A program made the position numbers and the translations under genes. The notes under the pieces are model-generated. The model did no database searches. It was not told the origin of the DNA and was given only the letters and a program-made list of their open reading frames with translations. A DNA stretch of 63,955 nucleotides, counting the filler, from Candidatus Coatesbacteria bacterium (GTDB lineage Bacteria > JAFGND01), in the NCBI GenBank assembly GCA_016927185.1. It is 5 parts of 5 records of this genome, joined end to end, with 100 filler letters (N's around TTAATTAATTAA, not from the genome) between each part and the next. Parts side by side here need not be neighbours in the genome. Positions count along the whole stretch, not along the records: positions 20,937 to 47,813 come from JAFGND010000081.1; positions 47,914 to 58,011 come from JAFGND010000088.1; 3 more parts are not named here. One strand, given 5' to 3'. Positions 39,364-48,463 of the stretch are shown here, piece after piece (position 1 is the stretch's first letter; each line of letters begins with the position of its first letter).

Positions 39364-40323
39364 ATGTATAGTATATTGTTCACAAATGTAGGAAAACATT
39401 GTGAAATAATCCAATATTTTAAATCAAATGGATTCAGGGTAACTGGAACTGATATTTATCAAGACAATTCAATTCCAGCTTCCTCTTGCTGCGATAGTTA
39501 TTACAGGATTCCGTTTTATAAAGATAAATCATATGCAGCTGCAATTCTTGATATCTGTCTGGCGGAAGATGTTAAGTTGGTTTTTCCTTTATCCCATAAT
39601 GACATCTTTATAATAGATGAGCAAAGGGATATTTTTAGAAAGAGTGGAGTTTTTCTTTTGTTACCAGAAAGAGATATTTTATTGAAATGCATGAATTTAT
39701 GGGAAAGGTTTATTGCCTTCAGGCACTTGAGTGTTCCTACTCCACAGACATGGTTACCATCTCAAATCAGCATTTCCAAATTCGATTATCCCTTATACTT
39801 CAAATCTATAGATTCTTTAAGTCAATACCCAAATCAGATTGTGAAAAATGCCAGGGAATTAAACTTTTTCCTTTCTGAATGCAAGGCTTCAGTAATTCAG
39901 GAAATAATTACTGGAAAGGAATACGTAATAAATATACTTTCAGATATTCGGGGAAGAGTTGTTTCATTGTATCCGGTAAATGTAAACATAAGGAAAACTT
40001 CAAATACCAGGATTTTTACTTTGGAGAAATCTAATGATATATTCAGAAAGATTTCCGATATTGCAGTTCTCTTCGAATTGACTGGTCCATCTTCAATAAA
40101 ATTCATATATAATGAGGAAAATGAAAAAAGTTATATAATAAGTATAAAACCGGGTTTTGATAATTCTGTTTTGTTAACTATGAAAGCTGGACCATTCTAT
40201 GCAAAAGCATTCAAGTCATTCATAAAAGGATGGGATATATTGCCAAATGCAGATGATCATAATTTGAATATGTCAATGTTTTTTTATGAAAAACCTTTTT
40301 TCTACCAGAACAAGAATAAATGA
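39364..40323 (+). CDS. ATP-grasp domain protein (carbamoyl-phosphate-synthase-like, degenerate)
   Basis: IL.T.VG, G.D, VPTP.T, YPL..K, IQE.I.GKEY; adjacent to a HAD gene. Confidence 0.7.
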   Translation: MYSILFTNVGKHCEIIQYFKSNGFRVTGTDIYQDNSIPASSCCDSYYRIPFYKDKSYAAAILDICLAEDVKLVFPLSHNDIFIIDEQRDIFRKSGVFLLLPERDILLKCMNLWERFIAFRHLSVPTPQTWLPSQISISKFDYPLYFKSIDSLSQYPNQIVKNARELNFFLSECKASVIQEIITGKEYVINILSDIRGRVVSLYPVNVNIRKTSNTRIFTLEKSNDIFRKISDIAVLFELTGPSSIKFIYNEENEKSYIISIKPGFDNSVLLTMKAGPFYAKAFKSFIKGWDILPNADDHNLNMSMFFYEKPFFYQNKNK

Positions 40324-41012
40324 TAAGATCGATTATTTTTGATTTAGATGATACTTTGTTTCCGGAGATGGAATACATACATAGTGGATTTAGAAAAGTC
40401 TCCAGTTTTCTAAGCGAGAATACAAAAATAAATTCCAAGGTCATTTTTGATGATTTAACTGGATCTAATATTTTCAAGGAAGATAAGTTACTATTCACAA
40501 GATTATTCAAAAAACTGAATATTGACAGGACGCTTTTAAAAGACTGTTTAGACTGCTATAGAAGCCATAAGCCTGATATCAGACTATCCAATGATACTGA
40601 AAGTCTATTAAGTATCTTGAAAAAAAGATATGATCTTTGCTTGATAACTGATGGACCTCCTCAGATTCAGAGAAGCAAGTCAATAGCTTTGGGGCTAGGT
40701 AGATTTTTTAAAATCCAGATATTTACTGAAATTTTTGGAAAAACTTATAGAAAGCCAAGTGTTTTACCATTTGTTTTAGCTATAAAAGAGCTAGAAGTAT
40801 GTCCTTCGGAATGCATATACATAGGGGATGATCCTTTATTAGACTTTTCTGCACCAAGAGAAATTGGTATTTATTCAGTCAGACTTCAATATCCTGAACA
40901 AAAGCACTATATGGTTGAATCTGAATATGGATTAGAACCAAACGAGACGATATGGGATATTGCTGCAATTCAAGGGATTATCAGGGAACGTTCTGATTTC
41001 ACTATTATCTGA
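40320..41012 (+). CDS. HAD family hydrolase
   Basis: IIFDLDDTL, LITDG, KP, YIGDD. Confidence 0.92.
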   Translation: MIRSIIFDLDDTLFPEMEYIHSGFRKVSSFLSENTKINSKVIFDDLTGSNIFKEDKLLFTRLFKKLNIDRTLLKDCLDCYRSHKPDIRLSNDTESLLSILKKRYDLCLITDGPPQIQRSKSIALGLGRFFKIQIFTEIFGKTYRKPSVLPFVLAIKELEVCPSECIYIGDDPLLDFSAPREIGIYSVRLQYPEQKHYMVESEYGLEPNETIWDIAAIQGIIRERSDFTII

Positions 41013-44000
41013 CAACAAGCAACTTTCCTATAGATGCAACCTTGTTTCCATAAGAATCAATTGCAGAAACCTTGAAGAAGTATATTCCATTAGATATGGA
41101 ATCTCCCTCATTATCCTTTCCATCCCAATATACTTGATTATATCCTTCATTTCCCCTTATAGAGATGGTTTTTATTAATCGTCCTTTTACAGTCCTGAGC
41201 TCAATAGTTGTATTTCCTGATTTTGTTTGAAGCCATGTTAGATAAGTGTATCTTTTCATAGGATTTGGATAAGCAAGCAGATCCTTCAGTTTGAATCCCT
41301 CTTCCTGAACATTTACATTTATTGAGGTAATTTCTGTGTTTCCAAAATTATCACTAGCCCTAACTTTCAGATTATGTTTCCCGCTGGAAAGATAACAGGG
41401 ATAAAATAGTCGTCCTTTCCTGTAGCTTCCTGTATCATATTCGAAATATCTGGATATATCTATTTTTCTTTTTTCATCATTATCTATAGTAAGAACTATT
41501 TGCTGTCCATTTTTTCCAGTCATATTAATACCATGCTCATCTTCAGCTCTTATTTCAAGTGTAAATCTTTCTGCTATGGGTATATAATCATACATTTCTT
41601 GATTGTTATAATAGAATTTTACAGTTGGGGGAGTTGTATCAGAGGATGATTCTTGAGATTCCTTTATGATGACATCTGCAATATAGCCAATTGCCTCATA
41701 TTTATTATTATATGCATATGCATAGACTTGTCCCTTATTGCCTTTGGTTAAATCAGAAGGGGAATAGAATTCAATTTCAAATTTACCATTCTTGATTTCA
41801 CAGCTTCCAGAATAAATTCTTGAAGGTTGCTTGAGATATTTAAGGGAGTCACTTCTATCAAATGTATATTCAGTTTGCTCTCTAAGAGAATCGAATATTG
41901 TTATGAATAACATTCCATTGTTGAAAGGAGCTTCACCATTTACTTTTGATAAATGCTTTTCTTTTATCGTATTTGCTGGATGAAGAACCATATTGAAACT
42001 AAGTTTCTGGAACGTGAATATTTGTGCAGGATCACCGAACAGGCAATATCTGTGATTATTGGCTCTATTTGATGCTTTCTCCTTCCCAAGGCTGATTGCA
42101 TCTCCTATCCTTGTATCCGGTTCATAAAGATATTCAATTATTGATTTAAATAGAAAGTCATTCGATAAAGGAGAAGTTGGTCTGCTTGCAGCAAAAGTTG
42201 CTATTGTTGCCCCGTCATTCTTAAGAACAGTAAGCTCACCCAATGAATCATAGGTTGGATTATCAAAATCAGCAACATCACATGAAGCACATAACCAGAA
42301 TGGAAGTTTATGTATATTGTTTAGTCTCGATATATCATCTATTCTGAATAATCTCTCATGTGCTATTGAATTAAAGCCACCATGTCCAAAATAAAGAAAA
42401 AGATTGCAGCCATTATTTAAATGGTATATGAAATCCTCTGTCGCTTCTGGTTTATATCTATCTATCCGTTGATATTCAATCATATATAATTTTTGAGATA
42501 ACTGAGAGTGAGGAATATAATTCTGATAGATTTCCTCTGTGCTTCTTGTATGAGAAACTTCTGTGTCATCTTCTGCAGTATCGAAATCATCTGCAACTAA
42601 AAGTGCTCTGTTTCTCCACTTCCCGAAATATCTGGATTTATCTTTTTGAAAAGACAGGGATTTCTTTACCCATGATTTCAAGTCATTTATGTTTTTAACA
42701 GGGATTCTTCCAATAGATACATCAAGATGATGAGCATATTCATTTGTATAGAATATTGCAAAATACTCCTCAACTGATTCATGATTTATACTGTCAATAA
42801 ATGGAGGAATGTATTGAACATCATTGTTACCCAGATAATTCTTGAAATCATAGTTCCCGTTTCCTACCAGAAGGGCATACCTGGGTTTTGTGGAATAGTT
42901 TTCGAATGCATATTTCAAAAAATCTCTGATAGCTGTTGGGTCACCATTTCTTCCATATCCTATTTCAGAGTAAATTTTCTCAACAGGAATCAATGCTGTT
43001 TTGAGTCCTGTTTCATTATGATAAGAACATATGGGCTCCAGATAGTATACAAATGATTGTGGAGTTATAATGTAATATTTAGCTCCTTCAGTTAAAGATC
43101 TGAGATAATCAGGCTGATATTTTTTTATGCTGAAAGGCTTCTTCAGTTGAGTTTTATCTGACACGCAGAATCTTTGCTTTCCAAGAACATTTTCAGGTAA
43201 CCTGAATGAGTATTCTTTTTTAGCTTTATCATATGTTCCATTTCTTAGCATCTTGAGGCTTTTATAATTAGTTGTTTCCCATATAAATGGTTGTTCGGAA
43301 TTGATGTTTTTAAGCATTACCTTATAGTCTTTATCAGGAGAAGGAAGCAAGTATATGTCTTTTTGTGAATCTTGGAAATCAAGTGATCTGTAAAATACAA
43401 TTTTGAACCAATCAAACAGCAAGACATCATTTGGATCCCTGTCTCTTACTACAATGATTTCCATTAAGTTATCATCTTTCAGATTTTTTGCTTTTGCATA
43501 TAAAAATGAGTTGCCTGGACCTCCTCTCCAAGTTGTATCAAGTATTTCTTCATTATTTAGAACAATTTTTACATGATGATCATATAATGTCTTTGCATAA
43601 AAGACTAATAACAAATCAGCATCTGATTTTGTGGCACCCAACTTGAATCTAATTATTTCGTTTTCTGAACCTGATTTTACGAAATTTTTCCATGAATAGT
43701 AATCACTTGTATGGAACTGGGAATCTCCCAGATAGAGGTTTTTTTCCAGGTGATTAACAGACAGGTAATCATTATCATAATTTTCTTCATTTCCTTCAAG
43801 ATTGGCATCAGTATAACTTACTCTTTTTCCTTCATTTCCTCCAATAGCAAGAAAGTAATTATGCTCCCATGAATATTTATTACAGAAATATGAAAACTGG
43901 TTATTCAAGTCTAGCTCAAATCCCCTGTTGGTTATCCCATAGAATATTATCTTATCACTTTTGTCAAATTTACCGTCATTACCATCGTCGATATATATCG

Positions 44001-44871
44001 GCATCTCTTCAAATACCGGTTTGATTGAATCTGGTTTTTCAATCAGTTCCTGGTGGCCACCATCAAATAACTGGATTTTGGCAGGATCCAGGGTAGAAGG
44101 ATTTATTCCTGCTTTTTCCAGATCATCATATGTTATTTCATATAGACCTGTTCCATAGTTTTGTAATGGCAAGTAACTGTTTTCTGTGAAATTTGTATCT
44201 CTTATACATATTTCAAGCCATTCAGATGCTTTCTTGAAGGGATCTTCCGGTGCCTTATGGTGCACATTCTTGTACCAACCAATACATTGTGAATAATTAA
44301 TGATCCCTTTTTTCAGAATACTGTCTTCATCTATCTGGATTAACTTATGATATGAATTGGCAGGGAATCTTATCTCTATTTCAATTTCATCATATTCCAA
44401 TAACTTGTTCTTCTTTACAATCAAGGGATGAATCTCAAGAATGGCAGTGTTTATTCCCCTCCATTTGCCTGAATACTTCATAGAAACAACTTCATTATTT
44501 TCAATGTAATTTCTGGGTTTCTTATTTTCATAAAATGAAGGTAATGAGGAGAAAATACTTCTTGCATCCTTCAGTTTATAGTTTAAAGTGAATTTTCTTG
44601 ATAAAGGAAGACCTATTGTCAGTTTTTTTACTGGCAAGATTCTTTTTCCTTCTTCATATTCCAAATCAGCATTTTTAATTTTATAGATAATTTCTTTTTT
44701 GGAAGTCGTTTCTTTCTTGATTGGGAGGGGTTTATAGATAATTCTTATGCTGTTTTCTGATTGGTATATTTTCAAATCATTATCAATCTTGCCATTCTTG
44801 ATTGAACTTAGGTCTTGGTCTTTTATTAGCGTAATGAGGAAGAATGTTAACAGACAAGCAATAATTTTCAT
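41005..44871 (-). CDS. porU: PorU-like C25 (gingipain family) sortase with FlgD/T9SS-like CTD
   Basis: G.Y.ITY, DPTAIRDFLK, IGRIP, VADD, YFGHG and ASC catalytic motifs, L.GDP, YPNP...WDG.D..G..ISNGIYF. Confidence 0.8.
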   Translation of the reverse strand: MKIIACLLTFFLITLIKDQDLSSIKNGKIDNDLKIYQSENSIRIIYKPLPIKKETTSKKEIIYKIKNADLEYEEGKRILPVKKLTIGLPLSRKFTLNYKLKDARSIFSSLPSFYENKKPRNYIENNEVVSMKYSGKWRGINTAILEIHPLIVKKNKLLEYDEIEIEIRFPANSYHKLIQIDEDSILKKGIINYSQCIGWYKNVHHKAPEDPFKKASEWLEICIRDTNFTENSYLPLQNYGTGLYEITYDDLEKAGINPSTLDPAKIQLFDGGHQELIEKPDSIKPVFEEMPIYIDDGNDGKFDKSDKIIFYGITNRGFELDLNNQFSYFCNKYSWEHNYFLAIGGNEGKRVSYTDANLEGNEENYDNDYLSVNHLEKNLYLGDSQFHTSDYYSWKNFVKSGSENEIIRFKLGATKSDADLLLVFYAKTLYDHHVKIVLNNEEILDTTWRGGPGNSFLYAKAKNLKDDNLMEIIVVRDRDPNDVLLFDWFKIVFYRSLDFQDSQKDIYLLPSPDKDYKVMLKNINSEQPFIWETTNYKSLKMLRNGTYDKAKKEYSFRLPENVLGKQRFCVSDKTQLKKPFSIKKYQPDYLRSLTEGAKYYIITPQSFVYYLEPICSYHNETGLKTALIPVEKIYSEIGYGRNGDPTAIRDFLKYAFENYSTKPRYALLVGNGNYDFKNYLGNNDVQYIPPFIDSINHESVEEYFAIFYTNEYAHHLDVSIGRIPVKNINDLKSWVKKSLSFQKDKSRYFGKWRNRALLVADDFDTAEDDTEVSHTRSTEEIYQNYIPHSQLSQKLYMIEYQRIDRYKPEATEDFIYHLNNGCNLFLYFGHGGFNSIAHERLFRIDDISRLNNIHKLPFWLCASCDVADFDNPTYDSLGELTVLKNDGATIATFAASRPTSPLSNDFLFKSIIEYLYEPDTRIGDAISLGKEKASNRANNHRYCLFGDPAQIFTFQKLSFNMVLHPANTIKEKHLSKVNGEAPFNNGMLFITIFDSLREQTEYTFDRSDSLKYLKQPSRIYSGSCEIKNGKFEIEFYSPSDLTKGNKGQVYAYAYNNKYEAIGYIADVIIKESQESSSDTTPPTVKFYYNNQEMYDYIPIAERFTLEIRAEDEHGINMTGKNGQQIVLTIDNDEKRKIDISRYFEYDTGSYRKGRLFYPCYLSSGKHNLKVRASDNFGNTEITSINVNVQEEGFKLKDLLAYPNPMKRYTYLTWLQTKSGNTTIELRTVKGRLIKTISIRGNEGYNQVYWDGKDNEGDSISNGIYFFKVSAIDSYGNKVASIGKLLVVR

Positions 44872-44872
44872 A

Positions 44873-47503
44873 TTATTTGGTAATCATTTCTGATTTCATT
44901 TTGGGGAAGATTTTTTGGGTTTCCTTGTAAAGCCTGTCTTCAGAATATACTTTTACGAATTCTCCCTTGTTGTCACTTAAGAGTTTAAGTGCACTTGTCT
45001 TGTTACCAAGGAGATATTCTGCATAACCATTTCTTACTCTGAAATCCCATGCTATCGTATAATTATCCGCACCTGCTTGAACAAATTGTTTTCTCATATT
45101 AACTACTTTATCAATAATCTTTTTTGCAGTTTTGAAATCCTTTTTATCAAGTAAATACAAGTCAACTAGTGATTTAATATTATCCAGGCCAGCAGGTTCT
45201 ATGTTCATTGCAATGAGAAATGCCTGTTCTGCTTCATCGAATTTTCCTTGATTTTGAAGCAATACACCATATAATCTGTAACAACTATCTAAATCATAAC
45301 TTTTCAAAGGAAAGATAGACTCCATTATTTTCAGATAAGAAGGTATTTCTTCACGCGTATAGTCAAAATCCTTCATCTTGCTTATAACAGCATGAACATG
45401 ACTGTAATTGGTTACCTTGAAAGGTGGTTTCAGATTAATCCATTTATCAATAAGCTTTTTATCTTTTAAATCGAATTTTATTTCAGTTATATCTGGATAT
45501 ATTCTTGGCATTACTGGAAGGATTTCAAAATACAGTTTTCTTGTTTCTGGATTTTCGTGTTCCTTTTCTAATGTATTATAGCTTATCTCAACCATATACC
45601 TGAATGCTTCAATATAGCTTTGATGAGCTGCTTTAACCAGCTCTGGAAGTGCTTTTTGGAATTCTTTTTGTTTTAGATATGCAACAGCTTTGTCATGATG
45701 AAGAAGAGCATAATCAGGGCATATTGATGACAAATAATCATATATTTCAGATGATTTTCTGTAGCAATTCAGGGAGAGATTTGAATAATTCTCTTTCTTT
45801 CCTATTCCCGAGTTTTTATCAAAAAATTTATGATATGAATGAAGAAATTCATTCCATTCACCAAGTCTTGTATATGAACCTCCCAATCTGTACCATGCAT
45901 AAAAATAGTAAGGATCATTTTTTACGGATTCATTAAGGTAGCCTATTGCTTCTTCAAGAAAAAGATCATGTCTTTCAAGGGGACTTAAGAATCTGTTTTT
46001 TATATTGTTATTTACATCTGTTTGATAATTTTCAAACTTCTCCTTGAAAACTTCCATATATCTATGCCCAACTGAACCACTTCGTTCTGCATTTATAAGC
46101 TTGATATCCTCTCTCGCATAATAAATGAAGCTGATGCATATAAGCAATGTAATCCCTAATACGTATTTTTTTAAATTCGGTTTTTCAGATAGATTGTATT
46201 TCCCCCAATAATCAGTATTCTGGAATACCCCCATATGAATGCCAGCAAGGAAGAATATCAATCCCAGGACAGAGAATACCCTCATTCCAACACCTAACAT
46301 CATGTCAACTAACGAAGCGAATAAACCTACTCCTATTATATAGAAAACTTGATGTTCATTTTTATCCAGTTTTAATATTTCAGGAGACAGGAAGAAACCT
46401 CTAATCCATGTATAAAGAACAATCAAACTTAAAATCAAACCTACTATTCCTGCTGTTCCCATTATCTCCAGAATTTCATTCTCTGCATTTAATGTATTAT
46501 TTGACACTCCAATAAACCCATAGAAGGGATTTCTGAAACGTGGAAAGAAAATCTGGAAATTTCCTGTTCCGACACCTAAAACAGGAGCAGATTTCCACAT
46601 TTTTATACTGGATTGCCATATTACTTTTCTTATTTTCATTGTACCTCTGCCTCCTATATAAGGAAGCTTTTCTTCAAAGAAATAAAAGACAAGGAAAACA
46701 ATTATTATTGATGCGAGGAAAGATAATCCAAGTCTTATTCTAAGTTTTCTTGATTTTACAAAGTATAATCCTGCTCCAATGAAAACAATGAAAACATTAA
46801 GTGTACCAGCTCTTGCTTTGGTCAGATAGAGTGCCCAGATTTGAATGGCAGCTGCCATCAGGTAAAGAAATCTTAATATTATGTTTTTATCTGTTATAGA
46901 GAAATATGCAGTCAGACAAAGTCCTATTGCCAGGGTAGTTGCCAGCCAGGTTGGGTTACCTATTGTTGAGCATATTCTGTCCCTGTTAACTCCCTGCTTT
47001 CCTACCCATGGGATTGGCGACATGTCATAAGCGCTTAATATTCCTATCAATGCAACAATAACAATACTGAACAATAATATATAAAAAACATTCCTGTATT
47101 GAGTTCTTGAGAGGGAAAGCTGTGAACCAAGGAAAAAAAGCATTACTGCAGGGAAGAAATATCTCAGATAATACCATGAAGCGAATTTGAATTCTGCGAT
47201 AAAGATTGCATTTATAACCAAATATAGCGAATAGACAAGAATGCTGTATAGAGGCAATCCTCTAAGAAATCTGAATTCTTTTTCCTTGAATGTCTTTATC
47301 AACCATATTATTATTATTGGAATGAACATGACATGAGCAACTAATGGTTTTGATGTATGAACATTAAATGCATTAACCAATAATATCAACAGAATTCCTG
47401 CCAGCATTAGTCCGCTGAGAAGGATATAAGCAATGTTTAAGAAATCAGGTTTTGATTTATCTGCTTCTCTTGATTCTGAATATTTCTGTTTTCGCTTTGC
47501 CAT
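44873..47503 (-). CDS. O-antigen ligase family protein with C-terminal TPRs
   Basis: STIGNP..LA, T.ARA, R..IW......P.LGVG.GNF, AENE.LE..G.VG; TPR-like helices. Confidence 0.85.
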   Translation of the reverse strand: MAKRKQKYSESREADKSKPDFLNIAYILLSGLMLAGILLILLVNAFNVHTSKPLVAHVMFIPIIIIWLIKTFKEKEFRFLRGLPLYSILVYSLYLVINAIFIAEFKFASWYYLRYFFPAVMLFFLGSQLSLSRTQYRNVFYILLFSIVIVALIGILSAYDMSPIPWVGKQGVNRDRICSTIGNPTWLATTLAIGLCLTAYFSITDKNIILRFLYLMAAAIQIWALYLTKARAGTLNVFIVFIGAGLYFVKSRKLRIRLGLSFLASIIIVFLVFYFFEEKLPYIGGRGTMKIRKVIWQSSIKMWKSAPVLGVGTGNFQIFFPRFRNPFYGFIGVSNNTLNAENEILEIMGTAGIVGLILSLIVLYTWIRGFFLSPEILKLDKNEHQVFYIIGVGLFASLVDMMLGVGMRVFSVLGLIFFLAGIHMGVFQNTDYWGKYNLSEKPNLKKYVLGITLLICISFIYYAREDIKLINAERSGSVGHRYMEVFKEKFENYQTDVNNNIKNRFLSPLERHDLFLEEAIGYLNESVKNDPYYFYAWYRLGGSYTRLGEWNEFLHSYHKFFDKNSGIGKKENYSNLSLNCYRKSSEIYDYLSSICPDYALLHHDKAVAYLKQKEFQKALPELVKAAHQSYIEAFRYMVEISYNTLEKEHENPETRKLYFEILPVMPRIYPDITEIKFDLKDKKLIDKWINLKPPFKVTNYSHVHAVISKMKDFDYTREEIPSYLKIMESIFPLKSYDLDSCYRLYGVLLQNQGKFDEAEQAFLIAMNIEPAGLDNIKSLVDLYLLDKKDFKTAKKIIDKVVNMRKQFVQAGADNYTIAWDFRVRNGYAEYLLGNKTSALKLLSDNKGEFVKVYSEDRLYKETQKIFPKMKSEMITK

Positions 47504-47813
47504 AATGACATGAGCTCAATTTAATCAGTTAAATATTTGTCAATGATAATTAATCCTGAGGACTACCCAGTTTTTCAAGAGTCAAGAGACTTATTTAGTT
47601 TATTGCTAAACAAATAATTTAGATATAAAGATAAGACACCAGCTTTATTTAGCCTCTTCTTAAGGAAAAACTATAAAGATAATATGCTGGTGTCAGGAAC
47701 TGTTCTTAAATATACATTATAATGTTCAAGGTAAAATCATACTTATACAGACTGTAAATAATATATCAAGCATTGTCTTTGTTAATGATAATAATTCTTC
47801 AGCAAGTTATAAA

Positions 47814-47913
47814 NNNNNNNNNNNNNNNNNNNNNNNNNNNNNNNNNNNNNNNNNNNNTTAATTAATTAANNNNNNNNNNNNNNNNNNNNNNNNNNNNNNN
47901 NNNNNNNNNNNNN
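47814..47913. other. Artificial contig linker
   Basis: N-run with TTAATTAATTAA. Confidence 0.98.
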
Positions 47914-47989
47914 TCATTATATTATGTCATTATGGTAAAGACTTATATTTTAGGTGATATAACAATTTACGATTGTCAGGTAAGGAAAC

Positions 47990-48436
47990 ATGTCTGATTT
48001 TTTAAAGGATGCAGAACAAATAGCAAACAAGTTGAGAACACTGGGGCAGGTTGCTCCCCAGAAAGCAAAGTCAGGACTTGCTGCTGCTGCTTCTGCAATC
48101 TCCAGTCAGGCAAAGGCACTTGCACCAAGAAGGACAGGGCATTTGAAACACAGCATATCCCAGTCAGTATATCCTGTTGTTGGTGGAATGAAGGCAGTTA
48201 TTGGAACTAATGTTCATTATGTAGTTGTAACAGAAGAAGGGACAAACATTTATCCAATCATACCAACAAGAAGGAAAACAACAAGGAGAAGGAAAAGAAC
48301 AAGAAGATACTTTAATCTGAATAGACAAAAGAGAGTTAAAAAGAATGTTTATAATATTGATGATTTGCTTTTCCTGATTGTTGAAAAAGTCAGCAAAGAA
48401 GTTAATGATAGTGTAGAACAAATTTTCAAGAAATGA
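47990..48436 (+). CDS. HK97 gp10 family phage tail-component-like protein
   Basis: AKALAP.RTG.L..SI...VIGTNVHY...E.GT motif; AAGGA RBS. Confidence 0.75.
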   Translation: MSDFLKDAEQIANKLRTLGQVAPQKAKSGLAAAASAISSQAKALAPRRTGHLKHSISQSVYPVVGGMKAVIGTNVHYVVVTEEGTNIYPIIPTRRKTTRRRKRTRRYFNLNRQKRVKKNVYNIDDLLFLIVEKVSKEVNDSVEQIFKK

Positions 48437-48463
48437 TTTGTTTCTTGAAAATTTCTTAAACAA

